Shown here: positions 51,651 to 60,866 of the stretch, piece after piece
Layout of the letters: every line of letters begins with the position of its first letter
Position numbering within the stretch: the first letter of the stretch is position 1
Assembly: GCA_963828735.1 (NCBI GenBank)
Contig: CAWHFW010000005.1
Coordinates: forward strand, 1,408,001-1,472,000
Source: an uncultured Gemmatimonadales bacterium
Lineage (GTDB): Bacteria > Gemmatimonadota > Gemmatimonadetes > Gemmatimonadales > GWC2-71-9
Length of the DNA: 64,000 nt
Direction of reading: 5' to 3'
Program-made: the position numbers and the translations under genes
The notes under the pieces: model-generated
The model's database searches: none
Told to the model about the DNA's origin: nothing
The model's input: only the letters and a program-made list of their open reading frames with translations

Positions 51651-52520
51651 ATGGAACTCCTGTTGCCACTGCTCGCCGTCGCCGTCCTCTATTCCTTCGT
51701 GAGCCTGCGCGTGGTCCGCCAGTACGAACGCGGCGTGACATTCTTCCTGGGGCGGTTCTGGGGCACCAAGGGCCCGGGACTCATTTTCCTGCCGGCGGGC
51801 TTCGCCGCGCAGAAGCGGGTCTCGCTCCGGATCATGGCGCTCGACATCCCCCCGCAGGACGTGATCACCAGGGACAACGTCTCCGTCAAGGTGAACGCCG
51901 TGCTCTACATGCGGGTGACCGACCCCGCGAAGGCGATCATCGAGATCGAGGACTACCTCTACGCCACGAGCCAGCTCGCCCAGACGACGCTGCGCTCGGT
52001 GCTCGGGGAGGTCGAGCTGGACGAGCTGCTGTCCGATCGTGAGAAGATCAACGCGGTCCTCAAGAAGATCATCGACGAGCGTACGGACCCCTGGGGCATC
52101 GAGGTCTCCGCGGTGGAGGTCAAGGACGTGGATCTTCCCGACCAGATGAAGCGCGCGATGGCGCGCCAGGCGGAGGCCGAGCGTGAGCGGCGCGCCAAGG
52201 TCATCGCGGCCCAGGGCGAGCTGCAGGCTTCGCACACCCTGGCAGAAGCCGCGGCCACGCTCGCGCGCGAGCCCAGCGCCATCCAGCTCCGGTATCTCCA
52301 GACGGTCACCGAGATTGCCGCGGAGAACAACTCGACCACGATCTTTCCGATCCCCATCGAGCTGTTCAAGCCGTTCCTGCAGGCGCAGGCTGCCCGCCCC
52401 GCGTCGCCCCCGGCCGTCGACCAGGGCGAGCCGCCCGGGCCGGCGCTGCCGGCCGCCGATCTCTCCACCCTGATGTCCACGCTCCGCCTCGGCGCAGCCC
52501 GGACGCCGCCGCAGGAATAG
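51651..52520 (+). CDS. Stomatin-like SPFH (slipin) protein
   Basis: [53 protein letters not shown]. Confidence 0.92.
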   Translation: MELLLPLLAVAVLYSFVSLRVVRQYERGVTFFLGRFWGTKGPGLIFLPAGFAAQKRVSLRIMALDIPPQDVITRDNVSVKVNAVLYMRVTDPAKAIIEIEDYLYATSQLAQTTLRSVLGEVELDELLSDREKINAVLKKIIDERTDPWGIEVSAVEVKDVDLPDQMKRAMARQAEAERERRAKVIAAQGELQASHTLAEAAATLAREPSAIQLRYLQTVTEIAAENNSTTIFPIPIELFKPFLQAQAARPASPPAVDQGEPPGPALPAADLSTLMSTLRLGAARTPPQE

Positions 52521-52521
52521 C

Positions 52522-53352
52522 ATGGGCGAAGGCACGCCTCCCCGCATCGATCGGGCGGCGCTGGAGCGGATCATCCAGCGCGCCGCGGAGCTGCAGACCT
52601 CCGAGCGCGACCTGGCGGACGAGCTTACCCCGGATCAGGTCCTCGCGCTTGGCCGCGAGGTGGGGATTCCCCAGCAGTACCTGCAACGCGCGCTGCTCGA
52701 GGAGCGCACGAGACTCGTCACGGTGGAACCCGCCGGCGGGTGGGAGCGGCTAGCAGGCCCCCCGCGGGTGATGGCCCAGCGCACCGTCCAGGGCGATGTG
52801 AGCTCGGCCGAAGCGGCGCTCGTCGAGTGGCTCGAGGAAAAGGAGCTCATGTGCGTCCAGCGGCGACAACCCGGGCGAATTACCTGGGAGCCGTTGGGCG
52901 GCATGGCGGCGGCATTGCGACGCTCGACCGCGGCGTTCAGCCGCGGCAGCGCCGCGCTGTTGCTGAGCCGGGCCGACACCGTGTCGGCCACGGTGATCGC
53001 GTTGGAGCCGGGGTGGTGTCACGTGGGCCTCACCGCGGAGGCGAGGAAGGCCCGCGCCGAGTACGTCGGCGGCGGCGCCGCGCTCGCGGGGGCCGGTGTG
53101 CTCGGTGCGGGGCTGATGGTGGTGCTCGGCGCGCTCCTCCCGGTGGCACTCCTCCCGGTGCCCGTGGCGCTGGGTGTCGGCTACGGCGTCGCGCGCCAGT
53201 ACCGGCCCGCGCTCGCCCGGCTGCAGCTCGGACTCGAGCGTGCGCTCGACAATCTCGAACAGCACGGGACGCCCAGGCAGCATCGCCTGCCGGGTCGCTC
53301 GCCCGGGCTGCTGGGAATGCTCGCGGAGGAGATCAGGCGGTCGTTGCGGTAG
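52522..53352 (+). CDS. Hypothetical membrane protein
   Basis: Helical N-terminus (LERIIQRAAELQ...REVGIP), two C-terminal TM helices; starts 1 bp after the slipin stop. Confidence 0.7.
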   Translation: MGEGTPPRIDRAALERIIQRAAELQTSERDLADELTPDQVLALGREVGIPQQYLQRALLEERTRLVTVEPAGGWERLAGPPRVMAQRTVQGDVSSAEAALVEWLEEKELMCVQRRQPGRITWEPLGGMAAALRRSTAAFSRGSAALLLSRADTVSATVIALEPGWCHVGLTAEARKARAEYVGGGAALAGAGVLGAGLMVVLGALLPVALLPVPVALGVGYGVARQYRPALARLQLGLERALDNLEQHGTPRQHRLPGRSPGLLGMLAEEIRRSLR

Positions 53353-53439
53353 GTCCGTCGATCGCGCGATGCCCCGAACCCGCGCCGGAGCCGGGATCCG
53401 GACCAGCGCCCGATTCCACCCCGAGCACGGTGACTCCGC

Positions 53440-54327
53440 ATGACCGAGATCTTCCGCATCGGCGTCCTGGGCTGTGGCCAGATGGGCAGCGGCATCGCGC
53501 AGGTTGCCGCCATGGCCGGGCTCTCAACCGTGGCGCGCGACCTGGAGGCCGGCCTGCTCGCCAAGGGCGAGCGCGCCATCCAGCAATCGCTCGATAAGCT
53601 GGTCGAGAAGGGGAAGCTCGATCCGGCGGCACGAGCGTCCGCGCTCGCGCGCCTCTCCTTCACGATCCACCTGTCCGACCTGGCCGACTGCGACCTGGTC
53701 ATCGAGGCGGTCACCGAGAGCCTCGAGCTCAAGAACGAGCTGTGGCGCGCCCTCGATTCCGTTTGCCGGCCGGAGACGATCTTCGCCTCCAACACCTCGA
53801 GTCTTTCGATCGGCGACATGGCGGCGTCCACCGGGAGGCCCGACCGGTTCGTGGGCCTCCACTTCTTCAATCCGGTGCCGCTCATGCCACTGGTCGAGGT
53901 GGTACGGGCCGTGGCGACGTCCGCCTCGACCTTGGAGGCCGCCATGACCTTCAGCAGGCGGCTCGGCAAGGAGCCGATCGCCGCGCAGGACCGCTCGGGA
54001 TTCGTCGTGAACCGGCTGCTCGTCCCCTACCTGCTCGACGCCGCGCGAGCACGGGAATCCGGCCTCGCGTCCACCGCCGACATCGACCGCGGCATGCAGC
54101 TCGGCTGTGGCCATCCCATGGGCCCGCTCGCACTCCTGGACTTCGTGGGCCTCGACACCGTCGTCCGGATCGCGGAGATCATGTTCGAGGAGTTCCGCGA
54201 GCCCCGGATGGCGCCGCCACCCCTTCTCCGTCGCATGGTGACCGCGGGCCTGCATGGCCGGAAATCCGGTCGGGGGTTTTATGATTATTCGACCAATCCC
54301 CCCACCCCCATCGATCTGGGACTCTGA
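53440..54327 (+). CDS. 3-hydroxyacyl(butyryl)-CoA dehydrogenase
   Basis: GCGQMGSGIAQ, IEAVTE, ASNTSS, GLHFFNP, GFVVNRLL, HPMGP. Confidence 0.93.
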   Translation: MTEIFRIGVLGCGQMGSGIAQVAAMAGLSTVARDLEAGLLAKGERAIQQSLDKLVEKGKLDPAARASALARLSFTIHLSDLADCDLVIEAVTESLELKNELWRALDSVCRPETIFASNTSSLSIGDMAASTGRPDRFVGLHFFNPVPLMPLVEVVRAVATSASTLEAAMTFSRRLGKEPIAAQDRSGFVVNRLLVPYLLDAARARESGLASTADIDRGMQLGCGHPMGPLALLDFVGLDTVVRIAEIMFEEFREPRMAPPPLLRRMVTAGLHGRKSGRGFYDYSTNPPTPIDLGL

Positions 54328-54336
54328 GGAGACCTG

Positions 54337-54978
54337 ATGCTCGGCTACGACTGGCCCCGGCTCCATGCCGCCCTCAACGACCTTCCGGCCGCGCTGCTGC
54401 TCGTGTCGGTGCTGTTCGAGCTGACGAGCCTCATCCTGCGCAAGCCGGCGCTCAGGGTGGTGGGGTTCTGGACGCTCGTCATCGGCGCGATCGGGGGCGC
54501 CCTGGCCGTGATCTCCGGGCTTCAGGCCGAAGAGCACATCGACCATGGCGAGGCCGTGCATCGGGCCATGGAGACCCACGAGAAGCTCGCCCTCATCACG
54601 CTCGGCATCTTCGCGGTCGTTGCGATCTGGCGAATTCTGAGAGAGACCCGGATGGCCGGAGCCGAGCGAGCGCTGGTCCTCGCCCTCTCGCTCGGCGGCA
54701 CGGGATTCCTGCTGGCGACCGCGTCGTACGGCGGGCGGCTGGTCTTCGACCACGCGGCCGGGATCCGGACTCCGGTGCTCGAGGAGGAATTGCACGAGCG
54801 CGCCGAGGGCCACCACCATCATGGAGGCGAAGGCGAGGAAGGCGAGGATCACGACCACGATGCGCCGGCCGCCACCACGGATTCTGCCACTGCCCCGGCC
54901 GGGGGAATGACGGATTCGGCCGAGTCCGCCGGCCACACGCATACGCACGCCCCTGGCACTCCGCCGCACAAGGACTGA
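54337..54978 (+). CDS. DUF2231-like membrane protein with His-rich tail
   Basis: LHAALNDLPAAL, four TM segments, YGGRLVF.H, tail HHHH/HDHD/HTHTH. Confidence 0.75.
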   Translation: MLGYDWPRLHAALNDLPAALLLVSVLFELTSLILRKPALRVVGFWTLVIGAIGGALAVISGLQAEEHIDHGEAVHRAMETHEKLALITLGIFAVVAIWRILRETRMAGAERALVLALSLGGTGFLLATASYGGRLVFDHAAGIRTPVLEEELHERAEGHHHHGGEGEEGEDHDHDAPAATTDSATAPAGGMTDSAESAGHTHTHAPGTPPHKD

Positions 54979-54982
54979 CGGC

Positions 54983-55546
54983 ATGCGCCGGCTGTGCTGC
55001 CTGGCCGCAATCGTCCTGCTGGGGTGTCAGCCCACCTCGTCGCGTCCTCCGTTCCCACCTGTGCCGGAAGCCGCCTCGACGGAGATCCGGCTCTCGCCCG
55101 GCGACGCCACCCGCCTGCTCGCGGAGGCGCTGCGCGAGGATTCGATCCCCCCCAAGCGGGTCGAGCTGCACGACACGTGGCTGGAGTCGAGCTGGTTCGA
55201 CCCCGCGACCGGCCACGACGTCAAGCATCGTCCGGTCGGGCTGAACGTCGTGCGGGTGCGCGCGTGGGCGGATCCGACCCGGCCCGGCAGCAGCAAGGTG
55301 ACGGTGGAGACGGTCTATCGCCCGGTCGCCGATCCCTCGCTGCCCCAACGCGACCTGGACCGCCAAGTGCCGCGCGATCATCCGGTGGCCATCAAGGTGC
55401 GCGCGACCCTGCAGGACCTGGTCAAACGCTACGGCGGTCCGCCTCCGCCACCCGCGGCGGCCGGTCAGCCGCCCGCGGAGGAGAGTGAGCCTGCGCCGCC
55501 TGAGGACACCGAGGAAGAAGCGCCCTCGGACCAGCCGCAGAGCTGA
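54983..55546 (+). CDS. Hypothetical lipoprotein
   Basis: Lipobox LLGC; Pro/Glu-rich tail. Confidence 0.7.
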   Translation: MRRLCCLAAIVLLGCQPTSSRPPFPPVPEAASTEIRLSPGDATRLLAEALREDSIPPKRVELHDTWLESSWFDPATGHDVKHRPVGLNVVRVRAWADPTRPGSSKVTVETVYRPVADPSLPQRDLDRQVPRDHPVAIKVRATLQDLVKRYGGPPPPPAAAGQPPAEESEPAPPEDTEEEAPSDQPQS

Positions 55547-55596
55547 GCGGCTGCGACTCGCGCCCCACGACGGGCGAAGGCGATACCATGACGCGA

Positions 55597-55630
55597 AACG
55601 GGGAGCAGGCTCGAAGGCCTGCTCCCCGTT
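55597..55630. terminator. Probable bidirectional terminator between convergent genes
   Basis: AACGGGGAGCAGGC-TCGAAG-GCCTGCTCCCCGTT, perfect 14-bp stem. Confidence 0.7.
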
Positions 55631-55651
55631 CGTCTCTCCGTAGCCGCGATC

Positions 55652-56446
55652 TCAAATCACGTAAGCCTGGACCCACTCCTCCAGCTGCCGCAGGTTGAGC
55701 AGAGCGTCCTTGCACGGCCCCGATGGGAGAGTCATCGTGAGACCGAGCACGGGAATCTTTCCTGCTACGTCGTGCAGACCGCTCACCATGTCACGCTCGC
55801 ACGCCACCGCGACGACGGCCCGCGGACGGCGCTCCCGAATGACCCTGCGGGCCAGCTGGCCACGCGTCGCCACGAACACCGGCACGCCGTACTTGCCCGC
55901 GATCCCCAGCACACCATCCAGCGTCTCTTTCGACAGGCAGCGCGGGATCAGCAGCAGGAGCTCCCCTTTGCCCACCTTGCGCCCACGAAGCAGCGCCAGC
56001 GCGTTGTAGACCTTGACCGACGCGTTTTCCACCCAGTCGCGCCGCCCGAATCGATCGGCGACGCGCGAGGTGAGGCTCATCAGCCGAAGGAACGGGCCGC
56101 GTTCCGCCAATCGCTCGGGCAGGAGCGGCCGCTTCGCCGCATAGGAGAGGAAAAGGACGCCCCACCACACCCAGAGGAGGACGGCGGCAGCTCCGAGCGC
56201 GGTCCAGAGCACGGACGGAATCGAGCTCTGGAGCTCCCCGAGACGCGGACCCAGCAGGTAGAGAACGAGAGCCACGACCGCCAGTCCCGCCGCGAGCGCC
56301 ACGCCCGACCAGACGAAGAACAGGACCGGCGAGGAGTCGTAGTTGCCCTGATTGGGCAGGGGCTTGCCGTCCCACTCGTCCCACTCGTGGCCGAGGCGAC
56401 GGTCAACGTCGATATGGATCAGTTGTGCGCGGGCAGGCTCCGGCAT
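55652..56446 (-). CDS. DUF116-like membrane protein
   Basis: Two TM segments followed by LLIPRCL, VAVACERDM, GPCKD. Confidence 0.75.
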   Translation of the reverse strand: MPEPARAQLIHIDVDRRLGHEWDEWDGKPLPNQGNYDSSPVLFFVWSGVALAAGLAVVALVLYLLGPRLGELQSSIPSVLWTALGAAAVLLWVWWGVLFLSYAAKRPLLPERLAERGPFLRLMSLTSRVADRFGRRDWVENASVKVYNALALLRGRKVGKGELLLLIPRCLSKETLDGVLGIAGKYGVPVFVATRGQLARRVIRERRPRAVVAVACERDMVSGLHDVAGKIPVLGLTMTLPSGPCKDALLNLRQLEEWVQAYVI

Positions 56447-56531
56447 ACCGGGAGAAGATACTCCCCGGTGAGAGGTCACTGCAACATTCGGCGGGGGCGC
56501 CTCCCTGGTACCCGTGAGCCGAGAACTCACC

Positions 56532-56807
56532 TCATCTGGCCTTGCGCAGCTTCGGAACGACCCACAGGAGCAGCAACGCGCCCAACACTCCGAGGACGAT
56601 CCCGCCCACACCGGATACGTGCAACAACCTGCCCAGCAGCCCCCCGACGAAGGACCCTCCGATCCCCAAGAGGATGGTCATGCCGGCGCTCATCGGATTC
56701 GGACCCGGCATCAGCGCCCGAGCGAGCAGGCCGACGATCCCTCCCACAGCCACCATCACGAGCAGAACGACGACGATCCCCATGGTGGTGCCTACTGCCG
56801 TGCCCAT
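56532..56807 (-). CDS. GlsB/YeaQ/YmgE family stress membrane protein (alternative start 56783)
   Basis: GGIVGLLARALMPG...TILLGIGGSFVGG...VLGALLLL. Confidence 0.85.
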   Translation of the reverse strand: MGTAVGTTMGIVVVLLVMVAVGGIVGLLARALMPGPNPMSAGMTILLGIGGSFVGGLLGRLLHVSGVGGIVLGVLGALLLLWVVPKLRKAR

Positions 56808-56971
56808 AGACGCGCCTCTCTCGATCGGGGCAGTTCTGGCCTTCGATTGAACAGGCGCTCGCTGCCGAGCCATTCGTCGGTCCTTCCAAACACGACTGCC
56901 CCGGCTTCGGCCGCAACTGAACTTTGGTACAAGTCCGCCGACCTGCCGCAACGTCGGGTTACCTTTGCTCC

Positions 56972-58582
56972 ATGCTGCCTCCTCCGCCGATACGCGGCAT
57001 CTTCCGGACGGATCACCGCGCGCGGGCCGCATATGCCGAAGGCGCCGGCATCTTCCGGATCCTACCGGCCGCCGTGTGCGTGCCGCAGGACCGCGAGGAC
57101 CTCGCCTCGCTGGCGCACTGGGCGTCGGCGCACCGGGTCGCGCTCGTGGCGCGCGGCGCCGGCAGCGCCATGGGAGGCGGGAACGTGGGCGACGGCGTGA
57201 TTGTCGACCTGACCGCGTTGCCCCGGCGGGTGGAGGTCGACGGGCCCGCGCGCCGCGCAAAGGCCAGCGCAAGCGTCACCCTCGCCGACCTCAACGTCGC
57301 CGCCGACCGGGCCACGCTTCGTCTGCCGCCCGATCCGTCCAGCGCCCGGTGGGCGACCCTCGGGGGCATCGTGTCCACCAACGCCGCCGGCGCCCGCACG
57401 GTCCGCTACGGCAGCGTGCGCCGCTGGGTGGAGGCGCTCGAGCTCGTGACCGCCGACGGCGAAGTCACCGACCTCCGTCGCGGCCGGCCGCCGGCGCAGC
57501 GCACGCTGGCGCTCGAGCGGTTCGAGGCCGATGCGGCGCCCGCCATCCGCGCCGCCGCCGAGCAGGTACGCGCGCGCTTCCCCCATACCCGGAAGAACTC
57601 CTCGGGCTACGCGTTGGACGCGTGGCTCGAGACGGGCGACCTCGTCGACCTTCTCATCGGCGCCGAGGGGACACTCGGCCTCGTCACCTCGACCGAGTGG
57701 CGGCTCGACGCGCTGCCCGCGGCGCGGGCAGGCCTCAAAGTCGCGCTCCGGACGCTCGACGCCCTGGGCGATGCCGTCACCGCGCTGCTCGCGCACGACC
57801 CGTCGGCCGTCGAGCTGCTGGACCGGACCTTCCTCGAGCTCGTCGGCGAGGTCGGCCCCGAAGCCGTGCTGCTGGTGGAGATGGAGCGGGAGGACCAGCA
57901 GGAGGCGCGAGCCGCGGTCGAGCGCGCCGCAGAGGCCGTGGAACCCTGGGCCGCCGGCATCGATACCGGCCTCACGCCGGCCGCGTCCGAGCGGCTGTGG
58001 TCACTCCGCCACGCCGCGAGCCCGATCCTCGCGGGCCTCCCCGAGACGCGTCGCTCCCTGCAGGTCATCGAGGACGGCTGCGTGCCGGTGGATCGCCTGG
58101 CCGACTACGTCCGCGTCGTCCGTGAGGCGGCGGCCGAGCGGGACCTCGCGGTGGTGATCTTCGGCCACGCAGGCGATGGTCACGTCCACGTGAACCTGCT
58201 GCCCGAGGTCGGGCGGCCTGGATGGGAGGACAGTGTGGCCTCCTTGCTCCAGGCGGTCACGGATGCGCTCGTCCGGCTGGGCGGCACCCCGTCGGGCGAA
58301 CACGGCGACGGCCGGCTCAGGGCCAGCCTGCTCGGCCGGGTGTACGGCGACGACATCGTCGACCTCTTCGCCCGGGTGAAGCGCGCCTTCGATCCCCTGG
58401 GAATCCTCAATCCAGGCGTTATCCTTCCGTCCGGCGAGCCGCCGATCGGTCGTCTCAAGGTCGGTACGCACGCCATCGCACTTCCCGACGACATCGCCCG
58501 CGCGCTCCGGCGCATCGAGCAGCGCGGTGGATACGCGCAGAGCCGCCTCGAGCTGGCGGACAACGACCGTCGTGAATCGTGA
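56972..58582 (+). CDS. FAD-binding oxidoreductase (GlcD/D-lactate dehydrogenase-like)
   Basis: RGAGSAMGG, PDPSS, TLGG...NAAG, GAEGTLG, GHAGDGHVH, SGEHGDG, DPLGILNPG. Confidence 0.9.
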   Translation: MLPPPPIRGIFRTDHRARAAYAEGAGIFRILPAAVCVPQDREDLASLAHWASAHRVALVARGAGSAMGGGNVGDGVIVDLTALPRRVEVDGPARRAKASASVTLADLNVAADRATLRLPPDPSSARWATLGGIVSTNAAGARTVRYGSVRRWVEALELVTADGEVTDLRRGRPPAQRTLALERFEADAAPAIRAAAEQVRARFPHTRKNSSGYALDAWLETGDLVDLLIGAEGTLGLVTSTEWRLDALPAARAGLKVALRTLDALGDAVTALLAHDPSAVELLDRTFLELVGEVGPEAVLLVEMEREDQQEARAAVERAAEAVEPWAAGIDTGLTPAASERLWSLRHAASPILAGLPETRRSLQVIEDGCVPVDRLADYVRVVREAAAERDLAVVIFGHAGDGHVHVNLLPEVGRPGWEDSVASLLQAVTDALVRLGGTPSGEHGDGRLRASLLGRVYGDDIVDLFARVKRAFDPLGILNPGVILPSGEPPIGRLKVGTHAIALPDDIARALRRIEQRGGYAQSRLELADNDRRES

Positions 58583-58633
58583 GCCTGGGACCCACGGCCC
58601 GACTCCCGACTCACGCCTTACGACACCATTCCC

Positions 58634-59386
58634 ATGGACATCTTCCGCGAGCCCCGCGTCACCCTCATCGCCCGGCCCCAATTCCTGGAGCCCGCCCACC
58701 TCCCCATCCAGTGGAAGGGCGAGTCGAGCGACGGCGAGCGCATCGCCGAGTTTGCCGGGCGGCTGTGCTACATGAGCCAGCACAACCCGGCGGGCCGCTC
58801 GACGGCCGAGTACCTGCGCAACATCCTGCGGCAGGGTCACGGCTCGGTGTTCGAGCACAGCACGTACGTCATGCTTATCGAGGGGATCTCACGCAGCTGC
58901 AGCCACGAGCTGGTGCGACACCGGGCGGGGTGGGGCTACTCGCAGCTGTCCCAGCGGTACGTCGACGAGTCGCACGCCGCGTTCGTCATGCCCCCGGCGA
59001 TCCAGGGCGACGCGGCACTGGAGGCCGCCTGGACCCGGCAGGTCGAGGCCGCGCAGGCCGCTTATGTCACCGCGGTCGAGCACCTCATGGCGCGGTATGA
59101 GTGGGTGGAGGACCGCGTGCACCGTCGGAAGCTGGCCCGCGAGGCTGCGCGCAGCGTCCTTCCCAACGCGACCGAGGTGAAGATCGTGGCGAGCGCGAAC
59201 GTCCGCGCCTGGCGGACGATGCTGGAGCTCCGTCTCGGCGAGGGCGCGGAGCTGGAGATCCGCCGCATGGCCGTCGCGTGCCTCCGGACGCTCCAGCGCG
59301 AGGCGGCGGCGCTGTTCGGCGATTTCGAGATCTACTCCTCGAGCGACGGGAGCGAGGCCGGACGCGTGGGATTTCACAAGGTGTGA
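58634..59386 (+). CDS. thyX: FAD-dependent thymidylate synthase
   Basis: AGRLCY, GHGSVFEH, RHRx7S motif (RHRAGWGYSQLSQRY), AR.VLPNA, EIR. Confidence 0.95.
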   Translation: MDIFREPRVTLIARPQFLEPAHLPIQWKGESSDGERIAEFAGRLCYMSQHNPAGRSTAEYLRNILRQGHGSVFEHSTYVMLIEGISRSCSHELVRHRAGWGYSQLSQRYVDESHAAFVMPPAIQGDAALEAAWTRQVEAAQAAYVTAVEHLMARYEWVEDRVHRRKLAREAARSVLPNATEVKIVASANVRAWRTMLELRLGEGAELEIRRMAVACLRTLQREAAALFGDFEIYSSSDGSEAGRVGFHKV

Positions 59387-59660
59387 GGCGTTTTGAGAGG
59401 GCGGCGATGGCGAAGGCGCGGGGCTCGATCATGGCCCCATCCGGCTGAACGTCACGTCCTCCCGAGCGAAGCGAGGGATCCTGTCGACGAATGGTCGAGC
59501 CATTCCGCCGCGAGGTCCCTCGAACATTTTCCCTCTCGGGGAGCGCATTTCCCTCGTACATCCCGATGCGCGTCTCGTCCGCACCGTCGCCATCGCCTGC
59601 TTCATCGCGCCGTCGTCCTCGGTGTCTCGAAACTCGTGGCATGAATTCTGGTAAAAACTA

Positions 59661-59689
59661 TTGTGCGACCGAACCCTTTTCCTTACTTT
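59661..59689 (+). promoter_or_regulatory. Sigma70-type promoter for the ATP-grasp/kamA operon
   Basis: TTGTGC-N17-TACTTT in an AT-rich patch with an upstream A-tract. Confidence 0.55.
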
Positions 59690-59759
59690 AGTTTCGTCGA
59701 AGTCTTCAAGTCGTTGCGGCTCGTCTCTCGCGGACGGCCTTTTTTGTAGAGGAGATCCT

Positions 59760-60866
59760 TTGGCAGTTCGGATCGGACTCGCCTTCAATCTCAAACCCAG
59801 TGCGCCGGCGGATACCGCAGCCGGGGCCACGCTCGACTCCCCTCCTTCGGACGATCCCAACAGTCGGGCGCTCCGCGACGATCTCCCTCAACCCGATCTC
59901 TACGCCGAGTGGGACGAGCCCACCACCATCGATGCGGTGGAGCGCGCGCTCAGATCCGTCGGCCAGGTCTATCGGCTCGAGGCCAACGCCAGCTTCCCCG
60001 CGCGGCTCGCACTCATCCAGCCGGACTTCGTGTTCAACATCGCCGAAGGGCTCTACGGCCCGAACCGCGAAGGGCACGTCCCGGCCATCTGCGAGTTCCT
60101 CGGCATCCCATGCCACGCCTCGGATCCGCTGACCCTCGGCCTCGCGCTCGACAAGCGCCGCGCCAAGGAGGTCATGTCCTACCACGGCGTGCCCACGGCC
60201 CCGTTCGTTCTGGCCAGGAGTCCCGCCGACGCGCGGAACGTGCAGCTGCCCTTCCCCCTGTTCGTGAAGCCCGCGTTCGAAGGGTCGGGGAAGGGCGTGA
60301 GCGTCCGGAGCGTCTGCAAGACCCGGAGCCAGCTGGTCAAGCAGGTCTCCAAGCTCCTCGCCACCTACGCCGAGCCGGTGCTCATCGAGACCTACCTGCC
60401 TGGTCCCGAGTTCACGGTCGCGGTGCTCGGCAATGGCGACGAGGCTCGCTGCCTGCCCATCGTCGGCATGGACTTTGAAACGTTACCCAAGGGCGCGCCG
60501 CCCATCTACGGCTACGAAGCGAAGTGGCTGTGGGACTCGCCGGCGCATCCGCTGGAGATCTTCGACTGCCCGGCCCGCATTCCGGAATCGCTGGCCGAGG
60601 ACGTCCGCGCCGCCGCCCTGGCGGCCTATCGCGCGCTCGAATGCCGCGACTGGTGCCGCATCGACATCCGCTGCGACGCCGCCAATCGCCCGATGGTCGT
60701 CGAATTGAACCCGCTGCCGGGCATCCTGCCCGACCCGCGGGACAATTCCTGCTTCCCGAAGGCCGCTCGCGCCGCCGGGATGAGCTACGACGAGCTGATC
60801 CGTGAGGTCGCCGACGTCGCGTGGCGCCGGATCAGCGGCCGTTCACTCCTGGCGGAGGTGGCGTAA
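59760..60866 (+). CDS. D-Ala-D-Ala ligase-like ATP-grasp enzyme 1 (non-canonical)
   Basis: FNIAEG, LDK, FVKPAFEGSGKG, EFTV, IYGYEAKW, CRIDIR, ELNPLPG. TTG start after RBS GAGGAG. Confidence 0.88.
   Translation: MAVRIGLAFNLKPSAPADTAAGATLDSPPSDDPNSRALRDDLPQPDLYAEWDEPTTIDAVERALRSVGQVYRLEANASFPARLALIQPDFVFNIAEGLYGPNREGHVPAICEFLGIPCHASDPLTLGLALDKRRAKEVMSYHGVPTAPFVLARSPADARNVQLPFPLFVKPAFEGSGKGVSVRSVCKTRSQLVKQVSKLLATYAEPVLIETYLPGPEFTVAVLGNGDEARCLPIVGMDFETLPKGAPPIYGYEAKWLWDSPAHPLEIFDCPARIPESLAEDVRAAALAAYRALECRDWCRIDIRCDAANRPMVVELNPLPGILPDPRDNSCFPKAARAAGMSYDELIREVADVAWRRISGRSLLAEVA

Noticed and set aside
59393..59644. Small ORFs between thyX and the ligase operon
   Set aside because: They overlap a repeat remnant, have no motifs and show no convincing coding signal.
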